A DNA stretch of 64,000 nt from an uncultured Candidatus Poseidoniales archaeon (lineage in GTDB: Archaea; Thermoplasmatota; Poseidoniia; Poseidoniales; Thalassarchaeaceae): contig CAZXZO010000004.1 of the NCBI GenBank assembly GCA_964645485.1, positions 1 through 64,000 of the forward strand, read 5' to 3'. Of the stretch, positions 8,568 to 17,688 are shown piece by piece (the first letter of the stretch is position 1; every line of letters starts with the position of its first letter). A program made the position numbers and the translations under genes. The notes beneath the pieces were generated by a model. It ran no database searches, was not told the DNA's origin, and was given only the letters and a program-made list of their open reading frames with translations.

Positions 8568-11468
8568 TCAAGCAACAAGTTCGTCTGTGGCTGATGTTTG
8601 CATCGTTTCGGATGCTCCTTTGCCAAGAGCATTCTTCTCATCCACTTGACGGGCAAGGAATGAAACTACATCTAGAATTTCAAAGTTGTAACTTGGGTCA
8701 CCCTCGAATTTGAGGCACTCAAAGTGCGCTACACACTTCGGGCATGATGTAATCATCATCTCAGCCCCTGTCTCAATCACTTCTTCAAACCGGTTAACTC
8801 GCAGGGTTCGACTATCTTCATTGCAGGACATCATGCTTGAGACTCCACAACAAAGAGCGTCATCATGGTGGTGTTCCATTTCAACTAATTCTACACCCTC
8901 AACACTCTCAATGAGTTCACGTGGTTCATCATAGATGTCCATTTGTCGTCCAAGCCGGCATGGGTCGTGGAAGGTTACTGTCTTAGGGCAACTTGAAGTC
9001 AACTCAACATCGAATCCAGCTTCCTTGAGGTATTCAGTGGTGTGCATAACCTTGATGCCTTCTAGTTCGTAATCCATTGCAAAGGTGCGGAAACATTCAG
9101 CACAACTGCTGACAAGTGTGTCAATTCCGCTTTCTTCCAATTTCTGCTTGTTGAAAGTCTTTAATTTTTCAGCGACATCATCCATGCCTTGCCATTTTTG
9201 GTCGTGGCCACAGCATTTCATGAAATCTCTACCGAGATAAGAGACATCTACACCCATCTCATCGAATAAGGTGAACGCGGCAGTTGTTGTTTCTCCAAGA
9301 TTCATCTCACCCTTGTTAAGATGGCTGAACACTAAGTCTTGGTCAAGGTAATCTACACAACCTGGGTAGTAAGCAACATTTGAGTTAATTGGATATTCAT
9401 CGGTTGGGATGAAGTCGTCATCTGCATCCTCTTCTGCTTCTGCAGCCAAGACTGCCTGCAAAACAGTGTGCGGAATATTTGCTGCTGGTGGCCCACCAAC
9501 AACCAAGTTTCTACGGATATCAACATATGAGTCGTAGTCAACAAGTTGAGGACAAGCATTGGTACAAGCGGTACAGGTTAAACAAGAATACATTGGGACT
9601 CCATCGTCTTCATTGTTCCATGTGTTGTAAATGATGTTCAATTTATCTCCACCAGTGAATAATCTAACTGGGCACGCATCATCACACAGGTCACATCCGT
9701 AACACTTGTTCATTTCATACTCATATCCTCTAGCCATACTACGCATTAGAACAAAAATAATTGCTCCAAGGGCAAGTGGCGGGATGAACAGGGAGTAGGT
9801 AAGTTTGGCATCCAAACTCTTTGGATTTTGGTGGTAGGTAGGGTTCTCAATCAATAACGATGACAGGTCATTTGTCGCTAGACCTGCTAATGCTAATTCA
9901 GTTCCATTGGTTCTGTCAAGCGCCATTCCAGTATCTGGGTTGAGAAGTAGTGGTTGGAATACAGATACATCAGAAGTAGCATCAACCACTACCGTTGCGT
10001 TGCCTGCATCGAAAGTTGAATCAACCATCATTGTTACAGTATACCGTCCAGGTGCAACATCAAATGACTTGGTGGTGCAAGTTGCACCTTCTTCTAAGTC
10101 GCCACTAAATCCTGCAACACTTGTGCCACTTGCATCAGTTACATCTACACTGATACTGTGGTCGCCTGCTTTTCTTTCGGAGGCTCTGTAGGTACAAGAT
10201 AGATCCATAGTTAACTCATCAACACCTAAGTCTTCTACATTCAGAGAGTAACTGCTTGAAAGCGAACTATCACCTGAGTAATTGTAAACTTCAGTGAATC
10301 CATTGACGCCTCCAGTTACTGCACCATCTGTTGTCAGAGTTTGTTTGTGATTATTTTCGTCAGCAAAATCAATGATATTATCTTGGACAGGCTGATAAAT
10401 ACCCCAATTCAACCAATTTTCAGCAGGTAACAGACAATAATCAGAACGTTCAACACCATCTTCTGTGAATTTGGAATCTTGCCAAAGGATGCTTCCTGAA
10501 CTGGCAGCGTAGGTCAGGCAATTCGCTTCCATGCTACTCCATTCGTGTCCTTCATGGATTGCGATTAAGGAATCTTCTGGTTGGTTCCTTAGAGTTGCCA
10601 ATTCGTCAACATCATCCATAGCACCTAAGCCACCAACATCCCAAAATCCTCCATTATACATTGGCCAAGAGACAACAGAGAGTAAGACAGCAATTACTAA
10701 TGCTCCAAGGGCAATCTTTCGTCCAGTTTTCGGCCGGACTCTAGAACCTGCGGCTTTTATCAGATATGCTTTAGCAATAAAGAACAACATTATCCAAATT
10801 AAAATTCCCGTCAAAATCCAGGGGACTGCATTGAACACATCAGCAATCCATGGTTCTCGAACACCACAACTTAGACCAGCATGAGAGTTAAGTTTACAGT
10901 AATCTGAACGATTATTCCCATATAATTGAAGGAAGATATTGATTGAATATACACTAATGAACCAAACGTGTGCCAAGTAAATTACACCGGCGGTGGCAAA
11001 CCAAGGGTCTTCCACTCCACGTTTCGCACGTCCACCAAGGAATGGTGGGAGTGCTAAGATTCCAACCGGGAAACCTGTGAGGAATGCACCCCACCAACCT
11101 GCATTCCAAGAAATCACAGGTGTACCAAAGAAATTCCCAATTATATCTGGGAGCGGTATATCGAATTGGGGTAGATACTCTCCCCAACGAAGGTACCCAT
11201 AGGAGAATAGAACATACCAATCAGGGAACACGAACCCAGCCTGAGCAAACGGGTCAGCAGCGCTGTGGAGAGGTGGTGGGATAAGCCATGCATAAAATGA
11301 TAGAACCGCCATAATTGATGCAAGAATAATGCTGTCTCTGAGAACTTCATGCGGCCAAAGTGGATGACCGACAAAGGTACGACGACGCTCTTCGCCATCA
11401 TTTTGTAACTTGTCTTTCTCACGCATATACACATCTGCAATGCGGCCAAAATTGTCTAACATACCCAT
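8568..11468 (-). CDS. Cytochrome b C-terminal (subunit IV-like) protein fused to an external domain and an Hdr/GlpC-like 2x[4Fe-4S] + 2xCCG oxidoreductase
   Basis: WPHEVLRD, ADPF and PDWY (PEWY Qo-site equivalent); about 6 TM helices; CYGCDLCDDACP and CLTCTACTNACP; two C..CCG..CxxC domains (MKCCGH/CAEC and ALCCGV/CPKC). Confidence 0.88.
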   Translation of the reverse strand: MGMLDNFGRIADVYMREKDKLQNDGEERRRTFVGHPLWPHEVLRDSIILASIMAVLSFYAWLIPPPLHSAADPFAQAGFVFPDWYVLFSYGYLRWGEYLPQFDIPLPDIIGNFFGTPVISWNAGWWGAFLTGFPVGILALPPFLGGRAKRGVEDPWFATAGVIYLAHVWFISVYSINIFLQLYGNNRSDYCKLNSHAGLSCGVREPWIADVFNAVPWILTGILIWIMLFFIAKAYLIKAAGSRVRPKTGRKIALGALVIAVLLSVVSWPMYNGGFWDVGGLGAMDDVDELATLRNQPEDSLIAIHEGHEWSSMEANCLTYAASSGSILWQDSKFTEDGVERSDYCLLPAENWLNWGIYQPVQDNIIDFADENNHKQTLTTDGAVTGGVNGFTEVYNYSGDSSLSSSYSLNVEDLGVDELTMDLSCTYRASERKAGDHSISVDVTDASGTSVAGFSGDLEEGATCTTKSFDVAPGRYTVTMMVDSTFDAGNATVVVDATSDVSVFQPLLLNPDTGMALDRTNGTELALAGLATNDLSSLLIENPTYHQNPKSLDAKLTYSLFIPPLALGAIIFVLMRSMARGYEYEMNKCYGCDLCDDACPVRLFTGGDKLNIIYNTWNNEDDGVPMYSCLTCTACTNACPQLVDYDSYVDIRRNLVVGGPPAANIPHTVLQAVLAAEAEEDADDDFIPTDEYPINSNVAYYPGCVDYLDQDLVFSHLNKGEMNLGETTTAAFTLFDEMGVDVSYLGRDFMKCCGHDQKWQGMDDVAEKLKTFNKQKLEESGIDTLVSSCAECFRTFAMDYELEGIKVMHTTEYLKEAGFDVELTSSCPKTVTFHDPCRLGRQMDIYDEPRELIESVEGVELVEMEHHHDDALCCGVSSMMSCNEDSRTLRVNRFEEVIETGAEMMITSCPKCVAHFECLKFEGDPSYNFEILDVVSFLARQVDEKNALGKGASETMQTSATDELVA

Positions 11469-11482
11469 TTTGATTCACTCCT

Positions 11483-12349
11483 TCAATGTGGCTCCGCTAT
11501 TCCTTGTACCCAGACAATAAACAGGTGAATGATAATCAGCGTGGTTACAATAACTGGTAAGATAAAGACGTGCAAGAAATACATTCTCGTAACTGCCGCC
11601 CCTGAAAGTGATGTTCCACCAAACATGAGTGTTGCAACCCAGCCACCGATAAGTGGTGTTGAATTTGCCATTGCGATTCCAATAGTTGCTGCTCCAAACG
11701 CTAGAGCATCCCATGGCAGCAGATACCCAGAATATCCAAACACAATGGTAAGTAACATCAATCCAACGCCAATAAGCCAGTTTAATTCTCGTGGGTTTCG
11801 GTATGCACCAGTAAAGTACACTCTGCACATATGCAAGAATACTGAGGCTACCATGAAATGAGTAGCCCAATGATGTATGCTTCTGATAATGTAGCCAAAT
11901 GGCAATTGAGTCATGATGAATTGCATGCTTGAATAGGCAGGAGTTGGATCACCATCTCCTCCGGGGACATAGTAGATTCCAAGCACAGTTCCTGTGATGA
12001 TTAGGATAATGAAAGCAAGGAACGAAATTCCACCTAAACAGTATAACGGATACCAATACCAAATAATTCGCAGTTTGTATTTTTCGGCGTGGGTTAGAGG
12101 CATTTGTCGGTGTACTGATTGGTATGCGTCGCGACTCATAGCCCAGTAATCTTGGATTCTGAATCTTGTATCTAACCATGAAAAGGTCCACAGGAATAAT
12201 TTTTCAGCAAGACCCATTTTTCCTACAGATTCAACCGCTCGGAGAATTTCTTTTCGAGGGATGTCTTCATTTTCTTTGCGCAAAGTCAAGGCTACTAACA
12301 CCGTAACGATGATGATGAATAGCCAAAGGAACCAAAATTGTAGTAACAT
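11483..12349 (-). CDS. petB: Cytochrome b N-terminal subunit (cytochrome b6-like)
   Basis: YCLGGI, heme ligands in RSIHHWATHFMVASVFLH and FLHVFILPVIVTTLIIIH, GAYRNPRELNW, GYSGYLLPWD, ends IAEPH. Confidence 0.93.
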   Translation of the reverse strand: MLLQFWFLWLFIIIVTVLVALTLRKENEDIPRKEILRAVESVGKMGLAEKLFLWTFSWLDTRFRIQDYWAMSRDAYQSVHRQMPLTHAEKYKLRIIWYWYPLYCLGGISFLAFIILIITGTVLGIYYVPGGDGDPTPAYSSMQFIMTQLPFGYIIRSIHHWATHFMVASVFLHMCRVYFTGAYRNPRELNWLIGVGLMLLTIVFGYSGYLLPWDALAFGAATIGIAMANSTPLIGGWVATLMFGGTSLSGAAVTRMYFLHVFILPVIVTTLIIIHLFIVWVQGIAEPH

Positions 12350-12366
12350 ATCATTTCCTCCTTTTT

Positions 12367-13242
12367 CTAATTACAGTAAGTGTACCAATCGAGAATCTCA
12401 ACCACTCCTTCAGCCTCAAAGTCAATCACTTCTAGAACATCATTGTTCACTGTGAAGGGAATAAGAGGGATTCCAACAGGTGCAGGCCCGCCAGTTCTTT
12501 TGATTCCAAAATAATTGAAAGCAGCACCTGTATTTTTGTTGATGTTTGTATTCTTTTCTATTGTGGTTGGGTCAAATCTACTCGAGTGGCAGATACAGAA
12601 TAATTTGTTACCACCTGAATCTAATCCACCGGGTAACCAGTTATCGGCGGTGAAATCATTGGCAACAAGTTGCCATCCAGGTATACAGCAGAGATGTGTG
12701 CAGCGAGACATAATAATGACGATATTATCATGAATTTTTAGGGTTGACCATTTGGGGTCATCTTCGATTTCACCCCCGAAACCAATGATAGCACCTGTTT
12801 GGTCAACTCCGTCTTTGAATTGGAAGCGAGGTAGACCACTTGAGATAGGAGAACTCTTGTTTTCTTCGTGCGGAACATAAACCACAGTAACTGGCATCCC
12901 TCCCCACACACCTTGGGCTCCTGCCATTTTGGTCGTAGCGGTTTGTGATTGCCCTTCAAAGTCAGATTTTTTCATTGGTTCCATGTGTTTTGAGCCGAAC
13001 CACACTGTCGCTTCTTGTCCCTTAGGAACCCAATAACTGATGGAATTGTTACCACCATCACCATCTTTGGTCCCCATAAGAAGAGATGCAAATCCGATGG
13101 AACCTAGGCTAGCCATCGTGATTACACCTGCAGCAGAATTGAAGGAATATCTCATGAAGCGACGTCTATCCAAACTGTAGCCGGTTTCTCCCGTTGCTTC
13201 ATCAGCATTTGGAGATGGGCGAAGTCTGAATTCTCTTGCCAT
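12367..13242 (-). CDS. Rieske iron-sulfur protein
   Basis: Tat-like LDRRRFMR followed by a TM helix; Rieske boxes CTHLCC and CICHSS. Confidence 0.9.
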   Translation of the reverse strand: MAREFRLRPSPNADEATGETGYSLDRRRFMRYSFNSAAGVITMASLGSIGFASLLMGTKDGDGGNNSISYWVPKGQEATVWFGSKHMEPMKKSDFEGQSQTATTKMAGAQGVWGGMPVTVVYVPHEENKSSPISSGLPRFQFKDGVDQTGAIIGFGGEIEDDPKWSTLKIHDNIVIIMSRCTHLCCIPGWQLVANDFTADNWLPGGLDSGGNKLFCICHSSRFDPTTIEKNTNINKNTGAAFNYFGIKRTGGPAPVGIPLIPFTVNNDVLEVIDFEAEGVVEILDWYTYCN

Positions 13243-13245
13243 TCA

Positions 13246-13695
13246 TCACACCTCGTATTTTTTCCAACTCTCAGGGTCTTTTGGACCAATGAATTTCCCT
13301 CGTCGATGCTTGACAACGACAAGGTCTGGTAGAACCCACTTTAGATAGACAATTCCCATTATTATCAGAGTAACCATTGTCATTGCGAAATGGTAAGAGA
13401 GTTGCTGTTGGTCCCAGCCGTTGAAAAGTCCGTAGGTCATACTGCCCGCCCAGAAAAGGGTCCATCCTAAGCCCCAAATTGAGATGAGAATAACAAGTGC
13501 CGAGGTGCCACTTGGGGTAACTGCTGCTCGAACAACAGTTCCTGGTTCAACGCGGTTGAACACACCATGGTCAATCGCTGACTCGTATGTTTCTTCACTT
13601 AGTTCAACTCCTTCAAGGGCAGTGCGTGCATCCTCTACGCTTACTTCCCCGGCAGCAACTTGCTGCAGCATTTTGGTGATAACATCTTGATTCAT
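13246..13695 (-). CDS. Hypothetical two-TM membrane protein in the Rieske/cyt b operon
   Basis: SD GAGGTGA upstream, two TM helices, stop 3 nt from the Rieske start. Confidence 0.7.
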   Translation of the reverse strand: MNQDVITKMLQQVAAGEVSVEDARTALEGVELSEETYESAIDHGVFNRVEPGTVVRAAVTPSGTSALVILISIWGLGWTLFWAGSMTYGLFNGWDQQQLSYHFAMTMVTLIIMGIVYLKWVLPDLVVVKHRRGKFIGPKDPESWKKYEV

Positions 13696-13769
13696 CAGTT
13701 GTCACCTCTGTTGCCTAGATAAGAAGTTAAGGCATCTCGCCAGCATTGAAGTCTGTCTTCACTGCTCAT
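13695..13769 (-). CDS. Putative 24-aa micro-ORF MSSEDRLQCWRDALTSYLGNRGDN
   Basis: GAGGTGA SD 6 nt before the ATG; ATGA overlap with the upstream stop and TGATG overlap with the downstream start. Confidence 0.4.
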   Translation of the reverse strand: MSSEDRLQCWRDALTSYLGNRGDN

Positions 13770-14593
13770 AATTGGTCACCTCTGCGTAGGTGTTTGATTC
13801 TGAGTCGGAGAAGGTTACTGCGTCCAACGTAATGGTGACTGAAACCATAGCGCAAGAAAAAGCCACAAAACAAGAGTACGGCAATAACTGCACCAAATCC
13901 TAGTAGGCCAAGCCAATGAGCTCTGAAAGGTGCTCCCATGCTGTGGAGGTCAATTTCACCACTTGAGGCTGCGGGTGCCTCAATGTTGCCATCTCCAGCA
14001 AAGATTGCTCTAGTGCCGCCATTGTCATTGCCCTCAACTAGGTCAAAGAAAAGTCGGTTGTAGGCATCTGGGGCCATTGGAGCAGAGTTTCCATCTACCG
14101 CATTTCCTGCGACCCAGAAGGTTACACTACCGCTCCCAGAACTTGGAGCAGTCCAAGTTACAACCCATGTTCTGTCCTGAACTTGCGCACCATCTGATGT
14201 GTGAGTCATGGTTTGTTCACTGCCATCATCTTGAACTAGGCTTTCATAACCTGCACCTGGAGTTAGGACTCCAGAAGATACTCTCATTGAGAATCCGCCA
14301 GTGTTAGAGTGTCCGCTAGCCATTTCAGGTCCGCCAATCAACTGGATTGTTAGGCTGTAAGATGTTCCTTCAGCCCATGCATATGGCACTCCATCAACAA
14401 TCAATGTGACAGTGTCAGATGGTGCGATTTCATTATTTGTGTGACAAGTGCAACCGCTTATTGCCACGTCTGTATCGCCTTCTGCTCTATCACCTGTAAT
14501 CCCATCAGATTCAGCAATAGTTCCACCTGCTAAGAGGAGTGCAGAAAGCACCACAATCAGCGGTAAGCGAAAGTCGTTGATTTTACCGCCCAT
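13766..14593 (-). CDS. Exported, C-terminally anchored Reeler/choice-of-anchor-V-like protein with CxCH motif
   Basis: Signal peptide, SGCTCH, GGFSM, QTMTH, WVVTWTAPSSGSGSVTFWVAGNAVDGN (Reeler-like) and a C-terminal TM helix. Confidence 0.7.
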   Translation of the reverse strand: MGGKINDFRLPLIVVLSALLLAGGTIAESDGITGDRAEGDTDVAISGCTCHTNNEIAPSDTVTLIVDGVPYAWAEGTSYSLTIQLIGGPEMASGHSNTGGFSMRVSSGVLTPGAGYESLVQDDGSEQTMTHTSDGAQVQDRTWVVTWTAPSSGSGSVTFWVAGNAVDGNSAPMAPDAYNRLFFDLVEGNDNGGTRAIFAGDGNIEAPAASSGEIDLHSMGAPFRAHWLGLLGFGAVIAVLLFCGFFLRYGFSHHYVGRSNLLRLRIKHLRRGDQL

Positions 14594-14779
14594 GCTACTC
14601 TCAACCTATGTTGATTCGCCCGAATTGCAATGGTCTAATAATCGTTTGCTGATGGATACACTTCTGTCGGGTCGCAGTAGGTCATTTTCAGCAGGGATAG
14701 TTTTCGTCACTTGGCTTAAGTTATCACCCTTTAGAAGAGATGAAGTGGTAAGGCTTCATCCCGGTATTGAGGGCTTTGA

Positions 14780-15082
14780 ATGAGTAGTGGTGGATGGGCT
14801 AATATTTACAATCTAACAGATGAACAAATCAACCTCCTTGATGAGGCAGAAAAGAAGATGGAAATGCATGATTTAACCGGAGCCGAAGAACTACTTCTTG
14901 GGATGCTTGAAGAAGATGGTGATTGCATTCCTGTATTGAGCAACCTCGGTAATTTGTATGGGAAGTATTTTTCGGAGTTTGAAAAGGCTGTAGAATATTA
15001 TGATAAGGTCCTAACACTAGAGCCCGATAATGCTTGGGCGAGAGATGAGAGAAGGCGGTATCAACGCTATTCTTCGTACTAA
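14780..15082 (+). CDS. TPR-repeat protein
   Basis: LSNLGNLYGK...AVEYYDKVLTLEPDNAWA is a TPR pattern. Confidence 0.8.
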   Translation: MSSGGWANIYNLTDEQINLLDEAEKKMEMHDLTGAEELLLGMLEEDGDCIPVLSNLGNLYGKYFSEFEKAVEYYDKVLTLEPDNAWARDERRRYQRYSSY

Positions 15083-15149
15083 TATCGTGCCTTGAACACA
15101 GGTAATTGTTAGGGAAACATCAATCGCTTGCCTGCACAACGGAGAGTTT

Positions 15150-16052
15150 GTGCATGATGGTAGTCTATTGATTGCAGGCGTTGGCGGCCTTGGTTCACAG
15201 TGGGCTAAAAGAGCCCACGCCCGATGTGCAGATGAATGTGATTTGCTACTAGTAGATGCAGATGAATCTTCCTTTGAGGATTCACGACACGCACATTGTT
15301 TGCCACTTGGTGATTCTTCTGATGCTGGATGTGCAGCACTTCCAGAATTAGCGGCTTCACATTACATGAAAGCCTCTGCAATAATGGAAAAAATTCTAGA
15401 ACCTGTGGAATTAATGATATTACTCACATCACTTGGAGGTGGAGTTGGTTCTGGTGCTGCACCGGCATTGGCTGCCCAGGCATCTCGAAAAGGGGCACTT
15501 GTAATTACGATTGCAGCGATGCCATTTGAAGAACATATAGCGAGATGTGAAATTGCTGTTCCTGCATTCAATCGGCTAGAGGATTCATCTGATGTTTGTG
15601 CTCAACTTTCCTTGGACCGTTTGGCATGGCAGGCTCGTAGCCGAGGAGTGGATTGGAGAATCCGTCCATCATGGGTAGAAGAGTTAGTTCAGGGATTGGT
15701 CTTGACACTTGGGCAAGTCGGGATAATCAACCTTGATTTGATGGATCTACGTTCAGTAGTTCAAAGAAAAGGAGGGGCCACGATGATTGTTGCAGAAGGC
15801 GAGGCAAATGACCCTGAGGGACTTTTCCTCAAAGCCCTCGCGGCTCCTTTAGCAGGATTGGAGGTTATCGGCGCGAGTGGTTGCCTCTTACAACTTGAAG
15901 GTGGAAGGCAAATGTCGATTTATCAAATGGAACAAGTGGCTGATGCTTTCACGCGGGGATTAACTGAAGACGCACAAGTAATTCTAGGTGCAAGGCATTC
16001 CGATGATTTAGATGGGAAGATGAGAGTAGTTGCCGTAGTAAGTGGGCTCTGA
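15150..16052 (+). CDS. Divergent FtsZ/tubulin-family GTPase
   Basis: AGVGGLG, GGGVGSGAAP (tubulin signature variant), AMPFEE, T7-like NLDLMDL and VILGA...MRVVAVVSG. Confidence 0.8.
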   Translation: MHDGSLLIAGVGGLGSQWAKRAHARCADECDLLLVDADESSFEDSRHAHCLPLGDSSDAGCAALPELAASHYMKASAIMEKILEPVELMILLTSLGGGVGSGAAPALAAQASRKGALVITIAAMPFEEHIARCEIAVPAFNRLEDSSDVCAQLSLDRLAWQARSRGVDWRIRPSWVEELVQGLVLTLGQVGIINLDLMDLRSVVQRKGGATMIVAEGEANDPEGLFLKALAAPLAGLEVIGASGCLLQLEGGRQMSIYQMEQVADAFTRGLTEDAQVILGARHSDDLDGKMRVVAVVSGL

Positions 16053-17636
16053 CTAATCCATTAAATCGACAACATCATCTGGGATTTCGAGGTCATCTAA
16101 GTCTATGACCTCTTCTTGAGAGTGTGGCTCTTTAACCTCAAGTACATCATCAAGTGCTTCCAAATCACTGGCTCCTACCGGGTTTGCTTCTGGAATTGCA
16201 TCTTCATCAGGCGCTTTCAAATCACTGACTTCAACGGCGTTTGCTTCTGTAATTGCATCTTCATCAGGCGCTTTCAAATCACTGACTTCAACGGCGTTTG
16301 CTTCTGTAATTGCATCTTCATCAGGCGCTTTCAAATCACTGACTTCACCTGCGTTCGCTTCTCGATTTGCACCATCAACCGTTTGTAATTCAGTCGCTGG
16401 AATCTCGATGTCATCCCGTTCTTCTTGCATGGCTTGAGGAGGATTTTGAACCCGATTTTTATGATTTCTTAGGGTTTTAGGATGAATCATAATTAGTGTA
16501 ATTGCAGTAACTAAATGTCCAATTGCCATCGTTGTTGCAAGGTTTCCTCCTCCAACAGAATTACTGAGATTGGTAATCATTGCGATACTTCCCGCATACC
16601 CAAATCCAAATGCTAATCCCCAGAATAGCGCATTCTGAGAAGTGAAAATTTTCCCACCTCGATTTACATCACGACTTGCCAATGACCAAATAGCCAAGAG
16701 TACCGTTAAGATCATCAAAATAAATTCTTCAATAATCATTGTGAATGCTTGTGGCTCATCAATAAGTCTCCGCCACGCACTGGCAAGATGCCAAGTGACA
16801 AACACCTGCGAAATTACACCCCATCTTGTTGCAAATCTAGCACCACCTTTTGTTGTAGATACATCAATTATTGTATCCTTCATCCAGTAAATCATCCCTA
16901 CTTGGATTGTAATAGCCAGAATGATGAAACCGATCCATTTCAACTGCTCACTTGTTTCACCTTGAAATCCAGAACTAAATCCGTATCCAATCAATATTGC
17001 AACAGCCGATACAGCCGAGATTTGCCATGCCGATGTACCTATTACGGTGCCTTCTCGTTGTGTATTTTGAAGAACTTTTTTTCCGCTAGACAGCCACGCT
17101 GAAGTACCAGATTTGAATGATATCCCTTGGCCTATAGACCAAAGCAGGAAGAGCGAAGCGAGGGATAATGGGATCCATGTAGCCCAGTTAGAGTTCCCAT
17201 TGACCAACTGTAATAATCCAAAGCAAATTAGGCCACTCAATAGTAATGGCAGAGTCCACGCTCTTAATGACCTGAGAAGCAGAGATTTGAACCAGGAATC
17301 GGCGGCCAATCCTTCAACTCTAACCATTCTAGCAGCGAAATCCCAGCGTGTCGACATTGCAGTTAAGGAATAACCAAATGAAAGTGAAATGAATCCTATC
17401 GCTGCATACAAATTTGCCGAATCTGGTCCTTGAGCAAGTGCATAAAGTACAGTTGAGAGAATTAGAAGAAGTAGGATGTGAGGAAGAGTCTTCAAATCCA
17501 TTAATGTGGCAATTAATTGCATTAATCCAAATTTTGGTTCTTCAACAATGGTGTTTTCTACTGAGAAATTGGGCGAAATTGATTCATTATCTCCGGAGAT
17601 ATGGCTCGAAGCAACATCCTCAACCATATCGGCCAT
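16053..17636 (-). CDS. Polytopic membrane protein with acidic repetitive C-terminal tail
   Basis: About 10 hydrophobic segments, then 19-aa repeats. Confidence 0.75.
   Translation of the reverse strand: MADMVEDVASSHISGDNESISPNFSVENTIVEEPKFGLMQLIATLMDLKTLPHILLLLILSTVLYALAQGPDSANLYAAIGFISLSFGYSLTAMSTRWDFAARMVRVEGLAADSWFKSLLLRSLRAWTLPLLLSGLICFGLLQLVNGNSNWATWIPLSLASLFLLWSIGQGISFKSGTSAWLSSGKKVLQNTQREGTVIGTSAWQISAVSAVAILIGYGFSSGFQGETSEQLKWIGFIILAITIQVGMIYWMKDTIIDVSTTKGGARFATRWGVISQVFVTWHLASAWRRLIDEPQAFTMIIEEFILMILTVLLAIWSLASRDVNRGGKIFTSQNALFWGLAFGFGYAGSIAMITNLSNSVGGGNLATTMAIGHLVTAITLIMIHPKTLRNHKNRVQNPPQAMQEERDDIEIPATELQTVDGANREANAGEVSDLKAPDEDAITEANAVEVSDLKAPDEDAITEANAVEVSDLKAPDEDAIPEANPVGASDLEALDDVLEVKEPHSQEEVIDLDDLEIPDDVVDLMD
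16157..16364. repeat. 57-bp coding tandem repeat, three near-perfect copies plus a degenerate one
   Basis: Unit aattgcatcttcatcaggcgctttcaaatcactgacttcaacggcgtttgcttctgt starts at 16194, 16251 and 16308; it encodes EANAVEVSDLKAPDEDAIT on the minus strand. Confidence 0.92.
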
Positions 17637-17688
17637 GATATCTCCAAGGGTCCACTCCTGTTAAGGGCGATGCACCTTAGCGTGTAGC

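Noticed and set aside
9700-10700. Cytochrome c1 domain inside the 966-aa fusion
   Set aside because: The external domain has only isolated cysteines and no CxxCH.
16157-16364. CRISPR array
   Set aside because: The repeats are contiguous 57-mers with no spacers and are in frame within a CDS.
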